Shown here in pieces: positions 6,804 to 15,369 of a stretch of 32,000 nucleotides of DNA; position 1 is the first letter of the stretch; each line of letters begins with the position of its first letter. This DNA is from Nitrosopumilus maritimus SCM1. GTDB lineage: Archaea; Thermoproteota; Nitrososphaeria; Nitrososphaerales; Nitrosopumilaceae. The position numbers and the translations under genes are program-made. The notes under the pieces are model-generated. The model made no database searches and was not told the origin of the DNA. It saw only the letters and a list, made by a program, of their open reading frames with translations. The stretch spans positions 1,380,001 to 1,412,000 of the forward strand of contig NC_010085.1 in the NCBI RefSeq assembly GCF_000018465.1, written 5' to 3'.

Positions 6804-8972
6804 TCAGTTATCTGGACAACCGTCAGTGTCTCTGTCACCATCATAGTCTTCAGGATCAAGTGGACACAAGTCTTCATCATTAATGATGTCATCTAGATCA
6901 TCATCATGGACAAATCTTTGTTGTTCTGGGGCAATATCTGGACAACCATCATCATCGTTGTATTTATTCCAGGTTTCTGGTTTTGATGGACAAGAATCAA
7001 TTGAATCATAGAATCCGTCACCATCAGAGTCAAATTTTGTTGGTGCTGTTGGTGCTGCAGCCAATATATCTGGGCAGCCATCCCAATCCAAGTATCCGTT
7101 AAAGTTCTCTTGTTCATCAAGACATGCATCCCATCTATCATCTATTCCATCACCATCAGCATCTGGGAAAGAATAGGATGAAGTCACAGTACCAGTAGAA
7201 TCAGGGCAACCGTCAGTATCTTGATAAAAATTATAAGTTTCAGGCTCTAGTGGGCAAGAGTCTAAAACATTTGGAATTCCATCCATGTCTGAATCAAGTG
7301 TAGATCGAGAATCATCAGGACAACCGTCAGTATCTTGGAATTTATTGTAAGTTTCAGGTTGTGTTGGACAGAGATCTAAATTATCAATAATGCCATCACC
7401 ATCAGAGTCATAGGCAGTAAAGCCATCTGTAAGAGAATCAGGACAACCGTCAGTATCTTGGAATTTATTGTAAGTTTCTTTTGCGGTAGGACATTGATCC
7501 ATTTTATCAATTATTCCATCTCCATCAGAATCTCCAAATGAATCATGTTCTATTGTATCAGGGCATCCATCTTCATCTTGGAATTTGTTGTAATTTTCTG
7601 CAATAGTAGGACATGAATCACGAACGTCAGGGATATGATCATAATCAGTATCAAGTAATGAAGATTTTGAAATTCCTGGAGTATCTGGACAGCCGTCAGA
7701 ATCTAAAAATCCGTTAAAGTTCTCTTGTTCATCAAGACATGCATCCCATCTATCATCTATTCCATCACCATCTGCATCTGGGAATGTATAAGAAAACAAA
7801 ACACCGTCAACAGAGTCTGGACAGCCGTCAGAATCTTGATAAAAGTTGTAAGTTTCAGGCTCTAGTGGACAAGAGTCTGAGACATTTGGAACACCATCTC
7901 TATCAGAGTCAAGTGTGGAAATAGAATAATCTGGGCAACCGTCAGAATCTTGGAATCCATTAAATGTTTCAGGTTGATTTGGACACCAATCTAAATTATC
8001 AATAATGCCATCACCATCAGAGTCATAGGCAGTAAAGCCATCTGTAAGAGAATCAGGGCAACCGTCAGAATCTTGGAGCTTGTTGTAAGTTTCAGGACTG
8101 TATGGACATGCATCATTTGCATTTAACAAACCATCACCATCTGCATCACCAGAAATTGGCAATTGTAAGACATCTGGACAGCCGTCAGAATCTTGGAACT
8201 TGTTGTAATTTTCACGTTCTAATGGACAAGCATCAACATCATCACCAATACTATCAAAATCAGAATCGATAAAGCCTTCTGAATCTACACCTGGAATATC
8301 AATACAACCATCTTGATCCTGGAAATTGTTATAGTTTTCAGGTTCGTTTAGACATTGATCCCATCTATCGTCTATTCCATCACCATCAGTATCTGGAAAT
8401 TGATAAAGAGAAGTTGTAGTGTCAACAGAGTCAGGACAGCCGTCAGAATCTTGATAAAAGTTGTAAGTTTCAGGCTCTAGTGGACAAGCATCTTTACCGT
8501 CAGAAATTCCATCTTGATCACGATCCAGTAGAGAATGATCATCATCAGGACAACCGTCAGTGTCATCAATTCCATTAAATGTTTCAGGTCTATTTGGACA
8601 CAAGTCTAGATAATCAGGAAAGCCGTCACCATCAGAGTCAGCAATTCCAGTATCACCATCAGGGGACAAATCAGGACAACCGTCAGTGTCTTGGAACTTG
8701 TTGTAAGTTTCTTTTACGGTCGGACATCTATCGATATGATCTTGGATACCATCATAATCAGCATCATACCAAGGAACAAAGTCTGCAGGACAGCCGTCAA
8801 TGTTGTTACCGTATTCAGGATCATAGTCCTCTAAGAGATGAGGACAAAAATCAACAGCATTTGGAACACCATCACCATCAGTGTCAATTGTAGTATTTGC
8901 AAAAACAATGTTTGGTGTCATTCCAATAGTTATGGTAAGTAAAATTAAAAATCCTAAAATATATTGTTTCAT
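6804..8972 (-). CDS. secreted thrombospondin-type-3-like Ca-binding repeat protein, paralog 1 (722 aa)
   Basis: I prefer the start at the internal ATG (8970-8972), giving 'MKQYILGFLILLTITIGMTPNIVFA|N', a signal peptide. About 17 'DGCP(D)' modules counted by eye. No TM anchor. Confidence 0.85.
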   Translation of the reverse strand: MKQYILGFLILLTITIGMTPNIVFANTTIDTDGDGVPNAVDFCPHLLEDYDPEYGNNIDGCPADFVPWYDADYDGIQDHIDRCPTVKETYNKFQDTDGCPDLSPDGDTGIADSDGDGFPDYLDLCPNRPETFNGIDDTDGCPDDDHSLLDRDQDGISDGKDACPLEPETYNFYQDSDGCPDSVDTTTSLYQFPDTDGDGIDDRWDQCLNEPENYNNFQDQDGCIDIPGVDSEGFIDSDFDSIGDDVDACPLERENYNKFQDSDGCPDVLQLPISGDADGDGLLNANDACPYSPETYNKLQDSDGCPDSLTDGFTAYDSDGDGIIDNLDWCPNQPETFNGFQDSDGCPDYSISTLDSDRDGVPNVSDSCPLEPETYNFYQDSDGCPDSVDGVLFSYTFPDADGDGIDDRWDACLDEQENFNGFLDSDGCPDTPGISKSSLLDTDYDHIPDVRDSCPTIAENYNKFQDEDGCPDTIEHDSFGDSDGDGIIDKMDQCPTAKETYNKFQDTDGCPDSLTDGFTAYDSDGDGIIDNLDLCPTQPETYNKFQDTDGCPDDSRSTLDSDMDGIPNVLDSCPLEPETYNFYQDTDGCPDSTGTVTSSYSFPDADGDGIDDRWDACLDEQENFNGYLDWDGCPDILAAAPTAPTKFDSDGDGFYDSIDSCPSKPETWNKYNDDDGCPDIAPEQQRFVHDDDLDDIINDEDLCPLDPEDYDGDRDTDGCPDN
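7375..8065 (-). repeat. intragenic super-repeat in paralog 1 (period ~609-615 nt)
   Basis: 'ttatcaataatgccatcaccatcagagtcataggcagtaaagccatctgtaagagaatcagg' occurs at 7381 and 7996, an offset of 615. 'gttcatcaagacatgcatcccatctatcatctattccatcaccatc' occurs at 7122 and 7731, an offset of 609. Confidence 0.85.
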
Positions 8973-8997
8973 AATCCCTGATTTCGCTATTATCAAG

Positions 8998-9007
8998 TAT
9001 TTATTAA
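8998..9007 (-). promoter_or_regulatory. TATA-like box for paralog 1
   Basis: The minus strand reads 'cttaataaatac', centred ~30 nt upstream of the ATG at 8972, inside the 82-nt spacer. Confidence 0.4.
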
Positions 9008-9054
9008 GTCTCACGTTAAATAGATTTTTTCGAAATACTAGAAATCAGTATTGA

Positions 9055-11223
9055 TTATGGATCAGGACAACCGTCAGTGTCTCTGTCACCATCATAGTCT
9101 TCAGGATCAAGTGGACACAAGTCTTCATCATTAATGATGTCATCTAGATCATCATCATGGACAAATCTCTGTTGTTCTGGAGCAATATCAGGACAGCCAT
9201 CTTTATCGAGATATTTGTTCCAGGTTTCGGGTTTTGATGGACAAGAATCAATTGAATCAGGATAGCCGTCACCATCAGAGTCAGCATATACAGGGGCAGT
9301 GGATTCTGCACCTAGGACATCAGGACAACCGTCCCAATCTAGATAATCATTATAGTTTTCTGGCTCATAAATACAAGCATCCCATCTATCTTCAATTCCA
9401 TCACCGTCAGTGTCAGGGAATGTATATCCAGATAGTGCACCATCAACTGAATCAGGACAACCATCAGTGTCTTGGTATTTATTGTAAGTCTCAGGTTCTA
9501 GTGGGCATGCATCATTAATGTCTAAAATTCCATCCATATCTGAATCAAGTTTAGAAATAGAATCATCTGGACAACCATCAGTGTCTTGGAATCCATTGTA
9601 AGTTTCAGGTCTAGTAGGACACAAGTCTAGATAATCAAATATTCCATCACCATCAGTGTCAGCAGATAGTTTGTTATCAGCAACCCAATCAGGGCAACCG
9701 TCAGTGTCTTGGAATTTATTGTAAGTTTCTTTTGCAGTAGGACATTGATCCACATCATCAAATATTCCATCTCCATCATAGTCACCTACTGTTTGATGAA
9801 CAACACTGTCAGGGCATCCATCTTCATCTTGGAATTTATTATATCTTTCAGCAATAGTTGGACATTCATCCAAGTGGTCTGCAATACCATCATAATCAGA
9901 ATCAATCATATCAGTTCCAGAAGTACCTACAATTTCAGGGCAACCGTCGTCATCTAAAAATCCATTATAGTTTTCTGGCTCATGAATACAAGCATCCCAT
10001 CTATCTTCAATTCCATCACCGTCAGTGTCAGGGAATGTATATCCAGATAGTGCACCATCAACTGAATCAGGACAACCATCAGTGTCTTGGTATTTATTGT
10101 AAGTCTCAGGTTCTAGTGGGCATGCATCATTAATGTCTAAAATTCCATCCATGTCTGCATCAAATCTATAAAGTGAATCATCAGGACAACCATCAGTATC
10201 TTGGAATTTATTGTAAGTTTCAGGTCTAGTAGGACACAAGTCTAGATTATCAATAATTCCATCACCATCAGTGTCAGCAGATAGTTTGTTATCAGCAACC
10301 CAATCAGGGCAACCGTCAGTGTCTAAGTATTTGTTATAAGTCTCAGGACTAAATGGACACGAATCATTTTGATCAAGTATTCCATCTCCATCAGAATCAC
10401 CAAAGATTACATGTTTGACAACATCTGGGCAACCGTCAGTGTCTTCAAATTTATTATAATTTTCACGATCTAATGGACAAGCATCAACATCATCAGGAAT
10501 GCCATCAAAGTCAGCATCAGGAGCTGTAGGATTCGTCACTCCAGGAATATCAGGACAACCGTCCCAATCTAGATTATTATTATAATTTTCTGGCTCATGA
10601 ATACAAGCATCCCATCTATCTTCAATTCCATCACCGTCAGTGTCAGGGAATGTATATCCAGATAGTGCACCATCAACTGAATCAGGACAACCATCAGTGT
10701 CTTGGTATTTGTTGTAAGTCTCAGGTTCTAGTGGACAAGTATCTTTACCGTCAGAAATTCCATCTTGATCACGATCCATTATAGAACGATCATCATCAGG
10801 ACAACCGTCAGTGTCATCAATTCCATTAAATGTTTCAGGTCTATTTGGACACAAGTCTAGATAATCAGGAAAGCCATCGCCATCGGTATCAGCAACATTT
10901 TTTGGACCATCAGGGGACAAATCAGGACAACCGTCAGTGTCTTGGAAACGATTGTAGGTTTCTTTTACGGTTGGACAGTTATCAACATGATCTTGAATAC
11001 CATCATAATCAGCATCATACCATGGAACAAAGTCTGCAGGACAACCGTCAATGTTGTTACCGTATTCAGGATCATAGTCCTCTAAGAGATGAGGACATTG
11101 ATCAACAGCATTTGGAACACCATCACCATCAGTGTCAATTGTAGTATTTGCAAAAACACTGTTTGGTGTCATTCCAATAGTTATGGTAAGTAAAATTAAA
11201 AATCCTAAAAGATATTGTTTCAT
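9055..11223 (-). CDS. secreted thrombospondin-type-3-like Ca-binding repeat protein, paralog 2 (722 aa)
   Basis: Starting at the internal ATG (11221-11223) gives 'MKQYLLGFLILLTITIGMTPNSVFA|N'. Module grammar matches paralog 1. Only 11 nt separate it from the stop of the upstream gene. Confidence 0.85.
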   Translation of the reverse strand: MKQYLLGFLILLTITIGMTPNSVFANTTIDTDGDGVPNAVDQCPHLLEDYDPEYGNNIDGCPADFVPWYDADYDGIQDHVDNCPTVKETYNRFQDTDGCPDLSPDGPKNVADTDGDGFPDYLDLCPNRPETFNGIDDTDGCPDDDRSIMDRDQDGISDGKDTCPLEPETYNKYQDTDGCPDSVDGALSGYTFPDTDGDGIEDRWDACIHEPENYNNNLDWDGCPDIPGVTNPTAPDADFDGIPDDVDACPLDRENYNKFEDTDGCPDVVKHVIFGDSDGDGILDQNDSCPFSPETYNKYLDTDGCPDWVADNKLSADTDGDGIIDNLDLCPTRPETYNKFQDTDGCPDDSLYRFDADMDGILDINDACPLEPETYNKYQDTDGCPDSVDGALSGYTFPDTDGDGIEDRWDACIHEPENYNGFLDDDGCPEIVGTSGTDMIDSDYDGIADHLDECPTIAERYNKFQDEDGCPDSVVHQTVGDYDGDGIFDDVDQCPTAKETYNKFQDTDGCPDWVADNKLSADTDGDGIFDYLDLCPTRPETYNGFQDTDGCPDDSISKLDSDMDGILDINDACPLEPETYNKYQDTDGCPDSVDGALSGYTFPDTDGDGIEDRWDACIYEPENYNDYLDWDGCPDVLGAESTAPVYADSDGDGYPDSIDSCPSKPETWNKYLDKDGCPDIAPEQQRFVHDDDLDDIINDEDLCPLDPEDYDGDRDTDGCPDP
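9351..10741 (-). repeat. three near-identical 165-187-nt cores with 612-615-nt period in paralog 2
   Basis: The cores start at 9351, 9966 and 10578 with 'tata(g/a)ttttctggctcat(a/g)aatacaagcatcccatctatcttcaattccatcaccgtcagtgtcagggaatgtatatccagatagtgcaccatcaactgaatcaggacaaccatcagtgtcttggtattt...'. Each encodes 'CPLEPETYNKYQDTDGCPDSVDGALSGYTFPDTDGDGIEDRWDACI(H/Y)EPENYN'. Confidence 0.9.
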
Positions 11224-11234
11224 GTTACAAGCAC

Positions 11235-13670
11235 CTAAGAGTCTGGACAACCGTCAGTGTCATTGTCACCGTCATAGTCCTCTGGTTCAAGTGGGCAGAG
11301 ATCATGTTCATTGATGATATCATCTAAATCAGCATCGTGTTTGTATCTTGATTGTTCTGGAGCAATATCAGGGCAACCATCAGCATCGTTGTATTTGTTC
11401 CAAGATTCTTTAAGATTTGGACACAAATCAACATTATCATTAATTCCATCGCCATCACTATCAATTACAACATTTCCAATTGGAAGAGTATCTGGACATC
11501 CGTCATAGTCAACATAATTATTCCAGGTTTCATTTTGAGTTGGGCACATATCCATTACATCAGGTACACCATCACCATCGGTATCTGGTTGGACATTATC
11601 AACATCAGGGCAACCATCTTCATCTTGGAAGCCGTTGTAATTTTCTGCAACTAGTGGACAATCATCATCAACATCAAGAATTCCATCATTGTCTGAATCA
11701 ACTACAAATGATTCAGATATTGTATCTGGACATCCGTCATCGTCTTGGAATTTATTCCAAGTTTCTTTTGCAGTTGGACATGCATCAATTGCATCAGGAA
11801 TACCATCTTGATCTCTGTCATAACCTAGGATGTAATCATCAGGACAGCCATCAAGATCAAGAATTCCATTATAGGTTTCTGGTTGATTTGGGCAATGATC
11901 ATTGTAATCATTTATTCCATCATTATCTGAATCTGGAGAACCTTTGTTATCTGCAACAGAATCAGGACAACCATCCAAGTCTTGGAATCTGTTGTAAGTT
12001 TCTGGAACAAGAGGACATTGATCTTCCAAGTCAACTATTCCATCAAAGTCTGAATCCATGCTAGTAAGGAAGTCAGGATAGTCAGGACAGCCATCTTCAT
12101 CTTGGAATCCATTGTATCTTTCTCTATCTAGTGGACATTCATCTACAGAGTCTAAAATACCATCAAAGTCTGAATCTCCTTCACCAGGAGTATCTGGACA
12201 TCCGTCATCGTCGTTGTATCTATTCCATGTTTCAGGTTCTGATGGACATTGATCTAAACTATCTCTAATTCCATCACCATCTGAATCCATAACAGATTCA
12301 TCTGGACATCCATCTTTATCTTGATATCCGTTGAATGTTTCAGGTCTTAGTGGACATTGATCATTCAAGTCAGAAATTCCATCACCATCAAAGTCCAATG
12401 CTGAAAGTCCAGACACAGAATCAGGACAACCATCAGAATCTTGGAACTTGTTGTAAGTTTCTTTTGCAGTAGGACACTGATCTAATCCATCAATAATACC
12501 ATCTCTATCACGGTCACCAGTACCATAAGAGTCAGGACAACCATCTCGGTCTTGGAATCCATTATGAATTTCTGGTTGATTTGGGCACAAGTCTCGGTTG
12601 TCAATTATGCCATCACCATCTGAATCAATTGCACCTCTGTTGTCTGCAACAAAGTCTGGACAGCCATCAAGGTCTTGGAATTTATTGTAAGTTTCTTTCA
12701 CAGTAGGACATTGATCAATACTATTTGGAATTCCATCCATGTCTGAATCACTATCACTTGTATAAGGTGGAATATCTGGGCAACCGTCATCATCTTGGAA
12801 TCCATTGTATCTTTCAGGTTCTAGTGGACATGCATCATCAGTATCCATTATTCTATCACCATCTGCATCATTTAAAGAACCAATAAAGGATGGAATAGAA
12901 TCTGGGCAACCGTCATAATCAGCAAAGCGATTAAAAGTTTCAGGATCAGTAGGACAAATATCAAATTGATTTGCAATTCCATCACCATCAGTATCAATGA
13001 AATCAGAATCTAATGTAACATCTGGACAACCGTCAGTGTCTAAATAATCATTATACACTTCAGGTTCTGTTGGACACAAATCTAGTGAATCTTTTATGCC
13101 ATCATTATCGGTATCAATAAAAGCTAAATCATTTTGTGCATCAGGGCAACCATCTGCATCTTGGAATCTATTGTAAGTTTCTGGACTTAGTGGACATGCA
13201 TCAATTGCATCAGGAACTCCATCTCTATCACGGTCACCAGAACCAAAGTCATCTGGACAACCATCTCTATCTAAAATGCCATTGAATGTTTCTGGTTGAT
13301 TAGGACATTTATCTACAGTATCTACAAATCCATCACCGTCAGAGTCAGGCAATCCACCAGGTCCTCCTTGAGGAGAAATATCTGGACAACCATCTTCATC
13401 TTGGAATTTATTGTATTTTTCTCTAAGATTTGGACATTGATCAATATGATCTTCTATTCCATCATAATCTTCATCATACCATGGAACAAAATTTGATGGA
13501 CAACCATCTATGGCACCTTCATTATCTTCACGTAAATTAGGACATGCATCAACAGTATCATCAACACCGTCATTATCTAAGTCAGTTGCTGCAAATGCAG
13601 GATTCATAGGCATACTAGTTAGAGTCGTTAACAGTAACAATAGGAATGGTAAAGTGTGTATTTTCTTCAA
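11235..13670 (-). CDS. secreted thrombospondin-type-3-like Ca-binding repeat protein, paralog 3 (811 aa, more divergent)
   Basis: TTG start. The signal peptide is 'MKKIHTLPFLLLLLTTLTSMPMNPAFA|A'. Modules follow the same 'D.DGDG..D..D.CP....E.YN.FQD.DGCPD' pattern. The C-terminal motif '...APEQSRYKHDADLDDIINEHDLCPLEPEDYDGDNDTDGCPDS' is shared with the other two. Confidence 0.85.
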   Translation of the reverse strand: MKKIHTLPFLLLLLTTLTSMPMNPAFAATDLDNDGVDDTVDACPNLREDNEGAIDGCPSNFVPWYDEDYDGIEDHIDQCPNLREKYNKFQDEDGCPDISPQGGPGGLPDSDGDGFVDTVDKCPNQPETFNGILDRDGCPDDFGSGDRDRDGVPDAIDACPLSPETYNRFQDADGCPDAQNDLAFIDTDNDGIKDSLDLCPTEPEVYNDYLDTDGCPDVTLDSDFIDTDGDGIANQFDICPTDPETFNRFADYDGCPDSIPSFIGSLNDADGDRIMDTDDACPLEPERYNGFQDDDGCPDIPPYTSDSDSDMDGIPNSIDQCPTVKETYNKFQDLDGCPDFVADNRGAIDSDGDGIIDNRDLCPNQPEIHNGFQDRDGCPDSYGTGDRDRDGIIDGLDQCPTAKETYNKFQDSDGCPDSVSGLSALDFDGDGISDLNDQCPLRPETFNGYQDKDGCPDESVMDSDGDGIRDSLDQCPSEPETWNRYNDDDGCPDTPGEGDSDFDGILDSVDECPLDRERYNGFQDEDGCPDYPDFLTSMDSDFDGIVDLEDQCPLVPETYNRFQDLDGCPDSVADNKGSPDSDNDGINDYNDHCPNQPETYNGILDLDGCPDDYILGYDRDQDGIPDAIDACPTAKETWNKFQDDDGCPDTISESFVVDSDNDGILDVDDDCPLVAENYNGFQDEDGCPDVDNVQPDTDGDGVPDVMDMCPTQNETWNNYVDYDGCPDTLPIGNVVIDSDGDGINDNVDLCPNLKESWNKYNDADGCPDIAPEQSRYKHDADLDDIINEHDLCPLEPEDYDGDNDTDGCPDS

Positions 13671-13808
13671 TGCCTAAAATATTCCTGAGGATCCAGTTAT
13701 TAAACCTCACTCTAAATTCGACCAAAAATATCAATGGTTTTGGGAAAATTTCAATCCTTTACAAAAAAACTCGATCAATTTAAGTAAACCAAAACAAGAT
13801 CTGGACTT

Positions 13809-14834
13809 ATGAGTTGTTCTGGAGAGGTAGTTGAAGAAGAGCAACTAATTCAGATCAAGCCTGCAATTTCTGAGCAATTAAAAAAAGCAAAGTATGGGGT
13901 TTCAGATCATTCTACTGTAGAACTATGTCATTGGACAAAAAAATCATTCAAGCATGAAGGTAGTTGCTATAAACACAAGTTTTATGGAATTTCAACTCAC
14001 AGGTGTATGGAATTTTCGCCAGCTGGGATGCATTGTGAAAATCGTTGTGTGTATTGTTGGAGACCAATGGAGTTTTATGATTCATTAGAAATGAAACCAG
14101 AACAAGTTGCCGAACCTGAAGAAATTTTAACTAAACTGATGGCTGAAAGAAAAAAATTGATCAATGGGTATTATGGTGATTCAAGAAATGATAAACAAAG
14201 ATTAGATGAGTCATTACTTCCTAGTCACTATGCAATTTCACTTTCAGGTGAACCAACAATGTATCCAAAATTACCAGAGTTGATAAAGTATCTAAATTCA
14301 CTTGAAGCAACAAAATCAATTTTTCTTGTTACAAATGGTCAGGAACCAGATATGATTCAAAAACTACAAGACGAAGATGCACTTCCAACACAATTGTATT
14401 TATCAACTAATGCAGCAGACTATGAATCATTTTTGAAAATTAACAAACCAAAATATGATGACTCATGGGAAAGATGGAATAGAACACTTGGGATGTTAAA
14501 GCATCTCAACACACGAACGGTTCTACGAATAACCTTGATTAGAAATTATAATGATCAGAAATCTATGATTCCAGCATTTGCAAAAATGTTCAAAGAAGCA
14601 AGCCCACATTTTATAGAAATAAAATCATACATGCATATTGGACGTTCTACCAACAGATTAGAACATTCAAACATGTTAGAGATGGAAGAAGTGAAAAGAT
14701 TTAGTGAACAAATTGCAAAGCAAAGTCAAATATTTTCAGTAATGGATGAAAGTTTTGTTTCACGAATTTCAATTTTACAAAATAATGAAAGGTTTATCGA
14801 TCGTTGGATTCCAGCTTATGTAAATACCAATTAG
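13809..14834 (+). CDS. taw1: tRNA 4-demethylwyosine synthase (radical SAM, Taw1/TYW1)
   Basis: 'CENRCVYCWRP' is the CxxxCxxC radical-SAM motif. An N-terminal Cys cluster 'CHW...GSCYKH...HRCMEF' is also present. 'SLSGEPTMYP' is the SAM-binding strand. Confidence 0.85.
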   Translation: MSCSGEVVEEEQLIQIKPAISEQLKKAKYGVSDHSTVELCHWTKKSFKHEGSCYKHKFYGISTHRCMEFSPAGMHCENRCVYCWRPMEFYDSLEMKPEQVAEPEEILTKLMAERKKLINGYYGDSRNDKQRLDESLLPSHYAISLSGEPTMYPKLPELIKYLNSLEATKSIFLVTNGQEPDMIQKLQDEDALPTQLYLSTNAADYESFLKINKPKYDDSWERWNRTLGMLKHLNTRTVLRITLIRNYNDQKSMIPAFAKMFKEASPHFIEIKSYMHIGRSTNRLEHSNMLEMEEVKRFSEQIAKQSQIFSVMDESFVSRISILQNNERFIDRWIPAYVNTN

Positions 14835-15369
14835 AGAATTTTTTTAATGCTTTGAATCTGTGTGATAATTCATTTTTGTGATTAATTTCTGCAAAAGTTT
14901 TTCTAGAATTTTTTGGAATGAATATTGGATCATATCCCCAACCCTTACCCTTTTGAGATTTTGAAATAGTACCATCTAATTTTGCGTCAAAAGTTTTGAG
15001 ATTTTTTTTATCACAATAAGTAATAAGAGAAACAAACTTTGCATTTCTTTTTGATGAAAGTAGCTTTAGAATTCCATTGTTGCCAATTGTTCTGAACACA
15101 TATGATGAATAAGGACCTGGAAACCCATTCAAAGAATCAATGAATAAACCATCATCTTCAATAATTATTGGTTTTTTACATTTAGAAAATGCATCTTTAG
15201 CTTTGTTTTCTGCAATCTCTTTTAGAGAATTGGATTGGATTTCTTCCAAAGTTAATTTGAGAAAACCTAATTTTATTCCAAAGGAATCTAGAATATTTTT
15301 TGCCTCTTTGTATTTGTGAGAGTTTGAGGATACAAAGTATAGATCAAACGACTTGTGCATATCTACCAC
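14794..15369 (-). CDS. non-canonical purine NTP pyrophosphatase (Ham1/RdgB/ITPase family)
   Basis: Motifs are 'FVSSNSHKYKEA', 'EDDGLFIDSLNGFPGPYSSY', 'GWGYDPIFIP' and 'LSHRFKAL'. The track start is GTG at 15369 and an alternative ATG lies at 15360. The 3' end overlaps taw1 convergently by 41 nt. Confidence 0.85.
   Translation of the reverse strand: MVDMHKSFDLYFVSSNSHKYKEAKNILDSFGIKLGFLKLTLEEIQSNSLKEIAENKAKDAFSKCKKPIIIEDDGLFIDSLNGFPGPYSSYVFRTIGNNGILKLLSSKRNAKFVSLITYCDKKNLKTFDAKLDGTISKSQKGKGWGYDPIFIPKNSRKTFAEINHKNELSHRFKALKKFSNWYLHKLESNDR

Noticed and set aside
8973-9014. N-terminal extensions of the track ORFs: 'MRLNKYLIIAKSGI' here, 'MSRLLGACN' at 11224-11250, and 'MHYRLQFWHEEDSYNNVRCKNYL' at 30628-30696.
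   Set aside because: The internal ATGs begin canonical signal peptides, and for 8972 and 30627 they sit ~27-30 nt downstream of TATA-like boxes. The extensions would overlap the upstream gene or promoter and would bury the signal peptide.
6893-13496. Many plus-strand ORFs lie antisense to the TSP3-like genes, e.g. 7739-7924, 8579-8893, 9234-9518, 9709-9957, 9858-10133, 10830-11144, 11311-11508, 11352-11654, 11480-12064 and 13296-13496.
   Set aside because: Their products are His/Gln/Leu-rich low-complexity strings that simply mirror the GAY/GGN/TGY-rich repeats on the coding strand. They repeat with the same period, and the minus-strand genes have signal peptides and coherent motif grammar.
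6804-13670. The regularly spaced short repeats could superficially resemble a CRISPR array or a satellite.
   Set aside because: The repeats are in-frame and degenerate at the DNA level but conserved at the protein level (DGCPD / DxDxDG). They lie inside long uninterrupted ORFs. No constant repeat with unique spacers and no cas genes are present.
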